From: Veleropilina oligotropha
Taxonomy: Eukaryota
DNA length: 64,000 nucleotides
Assembly (NCBI GenBank): GCA_048128005.1
Contig: JBEUKZ010000127.1
Location: 434,001 to 498,000 of the forward strand
Direction: 5' to 3'
Shown here: positions 13,775-28,208 of the stretch, piece by piece
Position numbering within the stretch: the stretch's first letter is position 1
How the letters are laid out: each line of letters starts with the position of its first letter
Made by a program: the position numbers and the translations under genes
Notes under the pieces: generated by a model
The model's database searches: none
Seen by the model: the letters and a program-made list of their open reading frames with translations, nothing else
Told to the model about the DNA's origin: nothing

Positions 13775-16700
13775 GGGAATATTTGTCAACAGCAGGTAGA
13801 AGAGAATAGCGTATATTTAAAGAAGCAATCCTCGCGAGAGACAAGGCCAGATCATATGTTGTAATTGGAATACTTGATGTTGTAATTGAATCCAGTGATT
13901 TGCACGCCGCTGAAGCACGTTACCTGAAAGACTACATTTGAAGATTTTTCACTAATTCAGCTTCACATTCCAAAGCTGACGAAATCGATGACAAATCTTT
14001 GAATGCACAGGTGAAATCTGAATGATTAATTAATCACGTATATTGAACAACTATATCAAATAACATTGCATGTCGACCTCTTTGCCCAATTCTTCCTTCG
14101 ACTTGAGGAATGCTAATGAAATTTGAAATATGCTTACTATGGTCTTTACTGCAACCGCTATATTCAATGCCTGCCCACTCCTTCCTCCAAAAGTTCATGA
14201 AAGGTGAACATCCCACGTATCATCAAATTGGCGTATGGATTCAGGAACGGTAGATAGGCTAATCTCTTCATTGAGACAGCACACACACGTACGCCATTGA
14301 CACGGTCCTTCTGATACCATCATATCGATTATCTACTTTGATTGAATCTACTCTTTTAATTTGGATACATTATCCACTCTCTTGGACAGTTGAAAACAGA
14401 TTTGGAAGCACAGAAAAGTGACGAAGTACCACAAGAAGTCAGCTGACACAAAGAAAAGGAAAGGATCGATGCCTAATGTCCAGTATATTCACAACCATCG
14501 GGTTCAAAGCAATACATGACCATATTATCGCGGAAGGAAATCCTGGCCTCCCGGGAAATCAGCCCTCTCCGACTAGTTACGGACAACTGTGATTCATAAC
14601 TGAGCAAATAATGTCATTTCCCAACCGAGATTCCAAACCACTACTGTTCGTGTCAGCGGAATTAAAGGCAGTGAGTTTTCGGAGTCCACAAACGAAACCA
14701 CACAACTACATGTCGGAGTCCACAAACGAAACCACACAACTACATGTCGAAGTCCACAAACGAAACCACACAACTACATGTCGAAGTCCACAAACGAAAC
14801 CACACAACTACATGTCGAAGTCCACAAACGAAACCACACAACTACATGTCGAAGCGGCCAACCAATACTTGAGGTCTGCATTCAAAGCTTTTTCGAACAG
14901 AGTGGGGAAATACGATGACCTTAACAGTCTGTTTTGAACAACAACGTAAAAGTTTAGCAAGGTATGCATAACAATTATCTTACCCATGACTGTTGTTAAG
15001 AGACGACAAAACACAAAATAGAAATAATTATTATATTATGAATGTTTGGCATAAATCAAATTCAATGTCATGCATTGCTTTCACAAATTTTTTCAAAATA
15101 CAATAATCATTTCATATATACATTATACATAATATAACAATAAAGTAGACAAGTATGAAACTAGTAATATTATTATCTACAAATAAAACACGCATATATA
15201 AATTGTACAAAATAGCATCTGACAAAATATGCATTTGACGTAAAAACATTATGTAATGTAACACAATAAGTTTATTTATTTGCGAAAAAAATTTCACCCT
15301 GACTATCGACGTCAATAAAATAAACTGAAGCGAGAAGAACTTTCGCGCCAACATTGACCAAGGGACAAAGAGATTAGGAGCCAATGATAAACAGTATAAA
15401 TATAGTTATATTTGCATATATGACAAGCTGTTGCAACTATGTTGACGTCATTAAGTAATCGACCCAACGAGGACCTCGGTGATACATAACATAACACGAC
15501 AACAATAGATATGCGAATTAATAATTTTTATAATAAATTGACAAAAATTTACCAAGATGCATAATTAAATCCCTAACGGTGGTAATTCTCGGTGACCGTG
15601 TTATTATATATGGCCATCCATTGGCACTCTCAACAACAAGAATATCAGCCCAAGTGAATGTTTCCGTTGTCAGCCCCATGTTTTGTTTGATCGATACAAT
15701 TCTTTGAGTGCCAAATCTGTTTAACATGTTTTTAAAACCATGTTGCAGAACAAACTCTCAAAAGAGGCACCATTTCTTAAACAATAAAAGGTCTGGAATG
15801 TCACTGCTAACGAAGAATAAATCATAAAGAGTGCTGTCAACAGATCATGTGATATAACGGTACCTGATAACTTATTATCACCGGATCTGATCAATATCCC
15901 ATCGAAGTTGAAGTGGGACAACAACAATTTGCAATAACACATGGAGAAGCGAATGTCATTATGATATATCTTACGATATATGCATATAGCAGGGCACTCA
16001 CATATCAAAGTAATTCTGGTGGCATGAATGTGCTTATTATTTCTCATAACTTGCATGCTCGAATGAGCGGGAGTCCAGAAACACCCGAATTAATCTTGAG
16101 TCATGTGCTAGAAATTGTGCTTTCATCAACAACAATGAGGTCGCGTTGAATGGGGAAGGGTCATGAATGCATTTGCACTACTGTACCACAAGTGCACATA
16201 ATGCCAGGTCATCTGACCGCTCATTTTGGAGTTTTCAATATTGGAAATGGAGTTTTCAATACTCTATATGTACGCTGGATGCAGAACATCAATTTGTTCT
16301 TGCGCCAAATATGCATTAGCTTGCTGTGTATTCAGTAAATGCAAAAGTGAGTGACGACAAAATCTAGTCCTGCACGCTAAGAAATATTTTCCATGTATGT
16401 GCTACTATTGAATATGATTTATTTCAATTTTGTGCTTTCGATCATATATATCGCAATGTCAAAATTTTAATTTGATTTTATGGGTCCATACGTTATGATG
16501 ACCAACCATTCAGAAAAATGCAAAAATCCGTTTTTAACAACATTTTAAAGTATTCCATGATCATCTATTAATATTTGTAATATAGATTCTGTAACTAAAT
16601 ACCACTGCGGCAGTCTGCCATCTTGATATATCTATTTTTGTATCTAATAATTGCTTCATGCGCAATCTTAGACAGCCGCCATGTTGGATGTTTACAAATT

Positions 16701-17594
16701 AGCACAGTTTGACGACTGTCACGCATCGATTTTGCGTATACCATTTAATCTAATGATTGTTTCGTTTGCATTTGTTTTATATGAAAACATATACAAAGAC
16801 ATTTCATACATCTTTTGTTGTGTATGGTCTTAATGATATCAAAGTTATTAGATTTTATTTTTTTAGTGGCAGCCATCTTGGATGTTTCATTTTGCCAAAT
16901 ATTCTCAAGGTTTGGCGACTGGCACTCATCAGATTCGTGATCAGCACGTCAAAATCATACAGAAACAGTTGAAAAAGTTTATATATATAAAAAAACAAGG
17001 TACCACCTCTTGACTCCCGGACTAGAATGTCTAAGACCTTGGGTTGTTGGTGGTAAATATTGGTAAATAAGAATATAATAATATGTATAACGACAGTCTA
17101 GTGAGTTTGATCATGAATCACATACTGTAACTTTATTTTTTATAAGATAAGGACAATAATTATTAGCTAGTGGGGATATATGGTTCACATCAACTAAGGA
17201 ACGTAAAATTATTTGACATTAGAAAACACACCGCGTGTTCGACATAATGTTCCTTTAAACGTTTAAATCAATGATGATTTTTCTTGTTACATAAATTTTA
17301 TTCCCATGACATAAATTTCAAGTCAATTAGATAATTATGTTATAATTGTAGCTCTCCTTTTTATTATTGTATGAAGAACGTTTGACATGGGTCAGCATGA
17401 GAGCGAGTACACTGAGTAGGAAACAGTGTTTTTTTGCTGAGATTTGAAAAATGAGATTCAGTGACATACAAAAGTATTTACGGACTCAGGAAAATATACA
17501 GGAATCTAATGCTAATCCATACGCTATTGTGACGGCAGTAACAAGTAGGCATGATTTGGAGAACATGTTTATGTGAATGCCTGTTTAATTAGTA
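13775..17594. repeat. Segmental duplication copy 2 (partner 1-3071), with extra 34-bp repeats and about 580 bp absent from copy 1
   Basis: Direct alignment by eye; extra sequence at about 14975-15555. Confidence 0.95.
14681..14850. repeat. 34-bp tandem repeat x5 derived from the SINE A 5' head
   Basis: Unit g(g/a)agtccacaaacgaaaccacacaactacatgtc starts at 14681, 14715, 14749, 14783 and 14817. Confidence 0.95.
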
Positions 17595-18729
17595 AATGCA
17601 CAACTTGTGATATCAGATTTTACGATAGGATATCAGTGCTTTCTAGTTATGCGAAACGTCATGGAACAGCGGGCATTTAAAGAGACTATTGCCCGTAAAT
17701 GCGCTCTTTTCGTGACTGCAGCATGACTGATCATCTTCTATCGTACGGTTCGCGCAGATTGATACAAATTTCGCGAAGATATGATCGATATATGATCAAA
17801 TGATAAACTTTTATTGAAATTATTATTGTAACTAGGCAATATATATTATTGTCAAGTAGAAAGCTAACTTACTTGACGAGCAGAAACCTAGGCCACTAGG
17901 TCAATTGGAAATGCACTCGGTGCGAGGTAATTAAACGCGGACCGCATATAATTATTTTTAAATATTCAGTAGCGATTCATTTAAACGGTAGCAAATTACC
18001 GACGAAAGTTAGGTCTTGAAAATTCTTAACTTTTTATGTTATAAACAAAAAGTGTCATGCGGTTAGTTTTCTTTAAAAAAAAGAAAGAACGTATTTATGG
18101 GAAATAATCTCTTTAACCGACGATAATAATCAAAATGTCCGCAGCTTGGTGGATGATTTTACGTCGGCGACATGGTGATATTTTGTCGGGGTCAATTTAT
18201 GCACGTTAATTGGGAGATCTATACGTATATATCATTGCTGTATAATACCCACGTGACAAACTCTGAGTTTATATGAGATTGCAGTACATTCAATTGTGTC
18301 CGAAAGAAAGTCGGCAAGCTTTCCGATCGATGTGTTAGGCGTCACAAATCTTTATGATATACGCAGTTATTTATGTAAGGAAAATAATCCACTTCAATCT
18401 GCGATAGATTTAACGTATTTTCAATTAATAAAAACTTTGTAAGCAATAAATTTAACCACGAAATACAATCATTGTTAAAAATATTCCCAATTCATGATTT
18501 AAATCGGAACATAATATACACACGTCAACTACCATTCGCCACAACTACGTGATGTGTACGAATCAGATCGTCTGATACATCTTAAACGGAAAAATATTAT
18601 GAGTCCAATTATGAAGCGTGTATGAGAGAGGTAGTGTCTCTGGTGACGCAAGTTCTTGTCATTGCAAAGTAGCTCATTCTCTTTGGTCACATATGGATAA
18701 TGAGCCGAGTTATAGGGGTAATATGTCTA

Positions 18730-18838
18730 GGAGAAAGTCCGAGTATCTGTCCATTCCTGAAAAATAATGGAGACAAGGCCCCGAAGGGGCCGAGTCTTCA
18801 TTATTATTCAGGAATGGACAGATACATGGACTTTCTCC
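18730..18838. repeat. Long imperfect hairpin with central GGCCCC-GAA-GGGGCC
   Basis: ggagaaagtcc..gtatctgtccattcctgaa pairs with ttcaggaatggacagatac..ggactttctcc. Confidence 0.9.
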
Positions 18839-19210
18839 GGCATAAAACATAATCATTGATATAAATATTTTTGCATTTAAATTTAATAATATAGTTATGT
18901 GTATATTTATAATACAATCACTGTGATACCAGATTACTGATCAGTGCAATGATGAGTTACACGCTTCTGTCATGCACTAACAATAACTCTCCATTACTAC
19001 AGTAATCGACATTTTCTGTTGTGCATTGGATGCATGTTTTTTTCAAGTTTAATACAGTAACTCTCCATTACTGAAGTAATGGACAGTTGCTGTCGTGCAT
19101 GGGATGCATGATTTTTCCAAGCACCGCAAAGCAATAACTATCCATGCAGCTGGTTATCTTTCATTTTGAAAATTTCAATTCTGGAGAGAGAATCAATAAT
19201 TATTATCAGT

Positions 19211-22200
19211 ATGACCGCGTCGGAAGATACTCCAGATGATGATTTAAACATTTATTTAACGCAGTCTACTTTTAAATACGTTGTACAATGTTCCGACATA
19301 TCCTCTGACGAAATAATGAAAGATTGTCCAGAAAATATCTCTGTAGATCCTTCATCATCTGATGAAGACATTATTCTAACATGTAACGTAGTGGAACAAC
19401 AGATAAATCAAGATTGTGAGAAAAAACAAATGATAATAATAATAATAATGAGAGATTTATATAGCGCAAGATCAGGAAAAGGATTCTAGCACTTTGCGCT
19501 TTACAATGATTGAATCGGAACACTTAAACAGACAATGATAAACAATATACATTTACAAGACATACATATTTTATATCTGACTTGACACAATTAATGAAAA
19601 AGTTGATAGATGCGAGATTTTCAGTTTAAGAGAAATGTTTCCGGAACAAGTGTGTTTTGAGAGATCTTTTGAAAGTTGCTTTGTCTTCGATGTAACGAAT
19701 AACAACAGGAAGTGAGTTCCATTGGCTTGGAGCAGCAAATGAAAAGCAACGTTCTCCGAGAGATTTCGTTTTCATGCCATGAATGCAAAGAATACGAGTG
19801 TCTAAAGAAGAACGGAGAGACCTTGCTGGGGAATACACCGAGAGTAGATCTGACAGATATTGAGGAAGTGATTGATCGAAGTAAGCATGGCACAGAGTTG
19901 ATAATTTATAATCTATTCTTGCCTGAACTGGAAGCCAGTGAAGAGAGTGGAGCAGGGGCATGACATTATCGTGCTTCCGAGCTTTTAGAATTAGTCTAGC
20001 GGCAGAGTTTTGAATCTTTTGAAGTTTTTCAATTATGTACTTTGGACAATTAGCCAAGAGAGAATTGCAATAGTCCAGTTTAGAGAGAACAAATGCACAT
20101 ACAAATGTTTTAGTTGCTTCAGTTGATAGAAAGTGCCGGATAGAACTCAGGCGACGAAGTTCGAGGAAAGCCGACTTACATATACTAGATACATGTTTGT
20201 CTAGGGAGCAATCGTCTGAGAACATGACGCCAAGATTTCTTACGGTTGTCGCAAAAATAATGTCAGAATCTCCAACTTGAATGGACACTGGAAATGGATC
20301 AGGAAGATGACATCGTTTTGTCTTAAATAATACGGCATCTGTTTTCTCATTATTCAGTTTAAGTTTGTTTCGTGTCATCCACAATTTCACATCAGTAATG
20401 CAGGTCTGCATGCCATGGATTGTCGGATATATCATGTCCTTATGGCACGACTTAAGCAGTTGGGTGTCATCAGCAAACGACTGACTGTGAATGTTATGAC
20501 TCTTGATTAAATTTGATAGCGGCTTTGTATACAACACAAACAGCACAGGACCCAGAACAGATCCTTGTGGAACCCCAAAGCAGAGTGGCACAGACTTTGA
20601 GGAATGGTCGCCGACAAGGACAGTCTGTGTTCTGTCTGAGAGGTAGGACCGAAACCAAGCAAGAGCGGTGCCCGAAATTCCGTAATATGTTTGCAATCTA
20701 TTAAGGAGGATTGCGTGATCTATGGTATCGAATGCAGCAGATAGATCCAGCAAGAGTTAGGACTGACACATCACGTCCATCCAGTGCTGACAGAATATCA
20801 TTTGCGACTTTAAGCAAAGCCGTCTCGGTACTGTGATATGGGCGATAAGCTGATTGCTCTGGACTGAGAAGGTTGTATGAGTTCAGGTACGTAAAGATTT
20901 GTCTAAGGACAATTTTCTCGATAATCTTCGAGATAAAAGACAAGTTTGATACTGGTCGGTAATTTTTCAGGTTTTCTTGATCCAGTGAGGGTTTTTAAGT
21001 TTAGGTTTTATTATGGCCTTTTTGTAGATGGAAGGGAAAATGCCATTAGATAAACTGTCGTTTACAATCTTGGAAATAGCTGGAAGCACAGTATCGAGAC
21101 AATCTTTGAACAATGGTGTTGGAATAGGGTCAAGGATGCAAGTTGTTGATTTTGACGATATTATAATTTCTCTCAGTTCGGTTTCAGATATAGGCTGAAA
21201 CGTTAAGAACTCTGAGTGAGAGCAACCTTCGAAATCACCCGGTGAGGGTGTAGTTGATACTTGATTGTCTAGTTCAGTGCGAATGTCAGCTACTTTTCTA
21301 ACAAAGAAGTCGCAAAATACGTCTGGAAGCTGCTGAAAAGAATAAATAGAAGGAAGAGGGGAAACTTTCTGAAGACCACATATCCGATTGCAGGCATTAA
21401 ATAACTGCTTGCTGGAGGCGCTGACAGATATTTCATTGCACCAGTATTTGGTCTTGGCATTGTGGACTAAGCTAATTACGATCTGCTTAGCAGCAGTATA
21501 AATTTGTTTATGGATTTCTAGCCCAGATTTTAGCCATTGGCGCTCTGCTTGCCTTCTACGTCGTTTAACAGCACGAAGATCATCTTTAATATCTGAGAAC
21601 CATGGCGATGATTTGTCGGACCGCCTTTTCCGACGGGTAATAGGGGCATGACTGTCGATGGTGAGTTGAAGGGCGCAGAAGAGATTATCAGCAGACGCAG
21701 ATGTGAACTGAGATAGTGCATTGGTCAAATCTGTTTTAAAAGCTGGTAGGTCAAGGTTACGTAAGCTGCGAGCATTTGTGTAGACAGGCTTGTGAAACCA
21801 ATGTTGTTTGAAGAACGCCATCATCTGGTCTATGCATTACCCAGTCAAGAATATGGCCTCTAACATGGGTGGGTTGGTAAACCGCTTGAGAAAAACTGAA
21901 TATGTCAAGAATATCAATCACTCTTGCGGTGGTGGGATTTGTCGGACGATCGTAGTGTATATTTATATCACCAAGAATAAATGGGATGGTATTTCTGCTG
22001 TTACAAACATCGAGAAGTTCATGTAAATCAGTGAGAAACATTGCATCAGTCAATTTGTTTTTCTTGTTGGGTGGTGGGCGATAGATACAGAAGAACTGTA
22101 GGCAGACATGTGAAAAGGTGACAGTAACCGATGCACATTCGAAGGACGGATGTGAAAAGAGTAAGTCAGAAGTGAAAGAAATATGACTGGATAACTTAGT

Positions 22201-24879
22201 TCGATACATTACAGCAATTCCACCGCCGCGAGAAAGGCGGGGATAAGATTTTATAGAGTACCCATCGGGGATTAGATCTGCACATTTCGCTTCATCTCCA
22301 TGTTGTCTAAGCCATGTCTCGGTTAGGAAAAGAATATCAACTTCAGTGTCATTCAAAAACTCTGCAATTTCAGTACGTTTTAAGGTAGATCCGACAGAAT
22401 GAGCATTGAAAAGGGCAATTTGAAATGGATTGGAAGACGGTACAATGGTAGGGGAAGACATAGGAGCAGAAATGATGTTTGAGGTAGGGCCTCGAAAGAC
22501 ATCACAAGACGCACGAGGTAATCCCGTAAAAACGCTTATTTTTCTTTGCTTTCGTCTCCCAGATCGATGCGTTCGGGTTTTCGGAAGATTGCAGCCAATA
22601 GCAAGATTCTTAAGTGTATTGCCAACGTTGGAATTTAGAGACGAAGCCTGCACGCTCATTAGCTCTGATCGTGTGTAGCTAACGCGACGATTGAACAATG
22701 CTCCTGTACGGTTCGGTGACGAGAGCGAAACAATAGGTGTAGCCGATGACCTGGCTAACGCTGGTGTACAATCAGGAAACAATGGACAGTTGTTAGACGC
22801 AGTGAGGCGTAAATCAGGAAAATGCTGGGCAAATGGCGACCAACAAGAAGATACTAACGATAGCGATGTTAGAATGCTGGCCCATTGCATCCGCAGGTGG
22901 CAAGGCAACATAATCCAAAACATAGTCGAAACAAAGTCCCGAGTCATTTTGATATTAGTTGTAGTCTTTTCACGATGACATTCGATTTATAAACAGTAGA
23001 AAAGCACATAAAATGTACATAAACAGCGAGAGACGAAGATATGCTGCCTGTCAGGCGTAGCCTCGTTCCGCTTTCGGAAACCTGTATCTGGTCAAGAAAT
23101 GGAAAATTTGCAGATAAAAAAGTGAGTTTGTAGTTAATTTAATATTTTATAGTTTAAAGTGGCACTTTATTGGATCGCATTTGGCTAAAATTGGCGTTGA
23201 AGAGTTCTTTGCGACATTTCATAACTATAACTAAGGCAAAACCCATAAAGAGTAACAAACATGTTATTCTCCACGAACAATGTTTGTGTTGCTCAACACA
23301 ACAAATGCTCCTCTATAGATCTATAAAGGATTTCTATAATTCGGTACAGCTTCCATCGAGAAAAAGTGATATGTGATAGGCGTGAACATTTTAATGTCGT
23401 GCATATAATTTGCATGCGTTTCGAATGGCCCGCTTTGAATTCCCACTGTAATGTCTCATTAATTATCGAATCTAATGTTAGGATTAACCAAGTGTTGCAC
23501 TATCACTAAACGCTTCTTAAACTGTTATGTGCTAAAGTCATTTGATTGTTATGATTTTGAGATGGCGAATGTGAAACTTTCATATTATATAAGACCACTA
23601 GTCAATATATGATTGTTAAAAGGAAAATTGTGATTTCAATCAACATTTCCACTATTGCTGGAGATTGTCCATTCCAAACCGATGAATTTCTTAAACTTAT
23701 TCTATGTTTTATTAGTCATTTATTCGCATTTATTTCCATTATTTTTGCTTATGCTGTTCTTTTTTTACAGGTTTGCTGCAAGTACAGTGTCAAAAATAAA
23801 GTGGGCCGTTGGACTATTAAAAGAGTGGCAGAATGACCGCAATACCCGAGCGATTCATCAATCTGGGCAACATGAAATAAGTCCCATTCTTGTAAACCTG
23901 GAAAAAATGACGGTGGACGAATTAAACTATTCTCTATCGCGGTTCTTATGTGAAGTGAAAAAGTTCGATGGGACTGAATATTCCTCAGATTATCTTTACG
24001 GACTACTTGTTACCATTCAATTATATATGGATACGCTGGGGGGAAAAATTCAGTTTTTCGCAGACGAATCATTTTCTGTGCTCAAAAATACTCTTGATAA
24101 TTTAATGAAAACTAGAGCGAGAAGCGACATTAATCAACCTAGAAAACAAGCCGAGATTATCACAATAGCCGAGGAGGAATTGCTGTGGGACTCTTCCATT
24201 CTTGGAAGCAACACTCCCAAACAGCTGGTTCGAAAAATTCTGTATTTAATTGGATTAAATTTTGCGCTAAGAGGGGCACAGGAACACCGCGGTCTGCGAA
24301 CGCACCATTTAAATGTCGGTGAAAATGAAAGCGGGAGATATTTAAGATATACCGAGGACGTGTCTAAATCAACCAAGGCGGATTAAACATAGGAAATGTC
24401 AACCAAAATCAGTGATTTCTTACGAGAATGTAGTTCGCCCGGAGCGTTGCATCGTTAGATTGTTCGAGCTTTATTTTTCCCATCGTCCGGCATTGCCTGC
24501 TGACAGTGGATTCTACTTGCGCCCATTAGCAAAACCGACATCAGAAGTTTGGTATAGTCGCCAAAATATTGGCCGCCACCAACTTGCCAAAACAGTGAGT
24601 GAAATGTGGGCAGAGGCTGGTTTGACTGGATACCGAACCAACTATTCGCTAAGAGCATCAGCTGCCAGTTGTATGTATGATGCTGAAATCGACGAACAAC
24701 TTATATGCGAAGTGACTGGTCATACTTCCAATGCTGTTCGTAGCTACAAACGCACAACCACAGCACATAAAAGAAAGATTAGTTCTATTATGCAGGGACA
24801 TAATAAGACCGATCACTCCGTATTAAAAAAAAGTGGAAACGACATATCGGTGACGGTTAATGTGTGTTTAAAAAAGTAA
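19211..24879 (+). pseudogene. Crypton-like (DUF3504/ZMYM-type) tyrosine recombinase gene; spliced, frameshifted and interrupted by a LINE
   Basis: KWAV..W, LSRFLCEVKK.DG.EY, ALRGAQEHR, NYSLRA and TGH.S.AVRSY motifs; GT-AG intron 23122-23770 joins in frame (..ENLQIK-K-FAAST..); frameshift near 24370-24390; assignment of the 19211-19430 segment as exon 1 is inference. Confidence 0.8.
19433..23060 (-). mobile_element. L2-type LINE family 2, near full length, ORF2 broken by frameshifts
   Basis: ORFs 21757-22947 (NAHSV, LTETW, GDIN: APE), 20967-21824, 20701-20943 and 19626-20753 (LDLSAAFD, GVPQGSVLGP, FADD); (TTA)n-type tail at 19433-19449. Confidence 0.92.
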
Positions 24880-26109
24880 CATCTTTTTCAGCAAATGCCC
24901 TCTAAATCAAATCATGCTTCTTTGTTCTTTGTGCTGAATACAGGATTGCCTGTTAACTAGTCTATTATTATGTTACTTGAACATATTTCTTGAATAAGTC
25001 ATTTTATTTAACTTTCTGTGTATTTAGCTATAGGACCAATATATATATACTACGTCATTCTGTTCATTAAACATATATTCAGCGATTGTTTTTATTCTTT
25101 TCTGCTGTATGCAACGGAGACGGCGCTCATGAGAAAAATCCTCAGCACTCCAGAGTATTGAACCAAATACCTTCGTAGGTCAGCACTGTATATCCCCTGT
25201 GCCATGCTATCCACGCTCCCATTTTGCGTCAAGTTTATAACATGACTTTGAACTGTCCATTCTTGAAAATTAATGGACACTTATTCAATATGATGACGTC
25301 ACAATTGTGTTGTATTAACCTGTAAACTTTACAGCTTGGGTAAATACTGTTATGGCAATTTACCATATACATGTAAATAGTTTCGTATATATTTATTATT
25401 GTATATTTATAACATGCTGACCTAATTATTATTGAAAATATGTTGGCGCGGTCTTTAATCATCAACTCAGTTTTTGAAATCATAAAAATCAGCATGCCAT
25501 TTCACTTTCCATTACGATTTATGATGAAAAGAAGGTCTTTAGAACCACCGAAAATGCCATTCTATCAATATTATAGGTGAGCCAAAACGAAATTGTCGTG
25601 ACATAGTTTATGTTTAGGTCTTTTGAGTGAGAAGCTTATAATTGTCTGTCACACAAAAAACGTATTCGAATGGGACTTTTCTAAGCTCCGCCCACCTGCG
25701 CAGAAATAAAATAATGCTCCAGGAAACCGTGTCATTCGAATACAAATTTGACAATATCAAAGTTTCTGGTCACGTGCAGGTGGTCGTCACAGTGGAAAAT
25801 GGCACCCCTCGCTAAAGTTCAGGGGTGCCGAAATATTCATTGAATAACGACAAACACTAAAGCAAATATGCCAAGGTTAAATTGTTGCATATTCAGTTAA
25901 ACTAAAAAAGCAACACACCTGCTCATCTGTGTTCCATAATGGGGTGAGTGAGATTATTATTGTATGGACCTCGAAATTATATCACTTATATTATTATAGC
26001 TACTGGCTGAACCTGCAACTTATAATGCGACTTTGTATACATGTTGTAGATTACGTTATGCCTCGAAAAAAATGTATATCTTGTAAAAAAAATTAATTCT
26101 CGAAATTTT

Positions 26110-26392
26110 TTGACATAACTCTTATTCTGCTTTCAATAGACTGTTCAAACTTCGCAGACGCATATGCTAAGTTACGTTTGCTAATTAAATTTTTTTTTAA
26201 ATTGAAATTTTTCTACAAAAAATTAAATTTGTTATTTTTTCGAAAAAATGTATTTTTTTAACAATTACGGGAAAAAATTAAATTTTCGGAAAAATGTAAA
26301 TTTTCGAAAACAAATTTAGATTGTCGAAAAAAAATTAAATTTGCCATAGCTCTTATTCTGCTTTGACTAGACTGTTCAAACTTCGCAGACGT
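26110..26392. repeat. AT-rich dispersed/tandem repeat (also at 63830-64000)
   Basis: ctcttattctgcttt..tagactgttcaaacttcgca occurs at about 26120, 26350 and 63963; catatgctaagttacgtttgctaat at 26161 and about 63833. Confidence 0.75.
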
Positions 26393-28208
26393 ATTTGGTA
26401 AACGCCTCACCCTCCAACGAACATATTTTAATTGCTGGTGATGTTAATCTACACTTGGATGAAGTTGAACACCCAGATGTGATTAAATTCAACTCTTTAC
26501 TGGAATCGTGCGGCCTCAAACAAATTGTGGAAGAGCCAACGCATAAAAGTAATCACACACTAGACTGTGTGATCATTTCACAAGACAACGCAATTTTTCC
26601 ACTAAGTACGAAAACTGTGGATTGCCAGATATCGGATCACTTTCTAATCTCATTTGAATTGAAAATAGAAAGGCCAGCACCCGAATCGAAACAAATTTGC
26701 TACCGTAAACTCAAAGATGTCGACATTACTGAGTTCAAAACAGAATTATCGCATATCGTCTTTCCACAAGAAATGGACCTGTCACAGTTGGTCGATAAAT
26801 ATAACAATGATATTAAACTCATCATTGACAATCATGCTCCGGAGATCACCAAAACAGTCACCATAAGACCAAATACACAATGGTACAATGCCAACCTCCG
26901 CCAAGCTAAAGTAATTCGACGACGCTTAGAACGACGCTGGAATAAGTCTGGCAAACTCACCGATTACGCCGCATATAAGGAACAGTGCAAGTTGGTGAAC
27001 CATCTGCTCACGGATGCTAAAACTGAATTCTTCTCAAACAAAGTCATTAACTCGAAAGATGATCAAAAGAAGCTCTTTAATGTTACCAAAGATCTGTTAC
27101 AATGGAATAAGTCAACTCCACTGCCAACTGATTATCAAGAGGAATCACTTCCCACTATTTTTAGCGACTTCTTCGTTGATAAAATAATCAAAATACGAAA
27201 CACAATTTCGTTATCGCAAATGCAATCAACCACCGATGAAATCTATGAATCTTTAGATTCGAAACGTAATGAAAGCATGTTCAGGTGAATTGTTGCCAAT
27301 TTTCACGCGGCATGTCAACATGTCATTATCCAATGCAGAAGTTCCAGAAAATTTCAAGAGCGCATTGGTAAAGCCCTTACTGAAAAAGGCCAATTTGGAT
27401 CAAAACAATCTGAAAAATTATCGACCGGTTTCTAATCTAAGTTTTATTTCAAAACTTGTGGAACGTGTTGTAGCAATTCGATTAAATTCTCACCTGAAAA
27501 ATCACATGCTTTTGGACAAATACCAATCAGCGTATCGCATGTTTCACTCCACAGAAACAGCCCTTTTAAATGTTCAGAATGACATACTTCAATCTCTACA
27601 TCAGAAATCAATGGTTGCTCTCGCCTTGCTTGACCTGAGTGCAGCTTTCGATACAATTGACCACCAAATTCTGTTTAACCGCCTGAACGCCTACTTTGGA
27701 ATCAAGCAATCAGCGCTTACATGGATCAAGTCATATCTACATGAGCGAAAACAAACCGTCGTCATAAACGGCATGAAATGTGACCCGGCCTCTCTCCCTT
27801 ACGGTGTGCCACAAGGTTCCGTCTTAGGTCCGATTCTGTTTTCGATGTATGTCACACCCGTAGCAGAGATTGCCTCCAAATATAATCTGTCCTATCATTT
27901 CTACGCAGATGACAGTCAAATATATGTTGCATTTGATCCCAAAAGCTCCTTCAAGGCAAGCCTAGACATATTGGAGAGCTGTGTTTCAGAGATCAAACAC
28001 TGGATGTGCACAAACATGCTGAAACTCAATGATGATAAAACTGAGTTTATTATATTTGGCTCAAGAAGTAACATCACAAACGAGATGTAAACCTACAAGT
28101 TGGTGAAACTGAAATAAACTCCAGCGAATTTGTAAGAAATTTGGGTGCTTACTTCGACAACACTATGTCGATGGAAAAATTCGTCTCTGATAAAGTTAAA
28201 TGCTCATA
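26393..28208 (+). mobile_element. L2 family 1 copy B (5'-truncated, internal deletion, interrupted at 28208)
   Basis: ORFs 26395-27288 and 27269-28090 nearly identical to copy A; about 110 bp missing near 27270; 4-bp deletion near 28080. Confidence 0.93.

Noticed and set aside
14681..14850. CRISPR-like array of 34-bp repeats
   Set aside because: Units are contiguous with no spacers, derive from a SINE head and have no cas genes nearby; eukaryotic context
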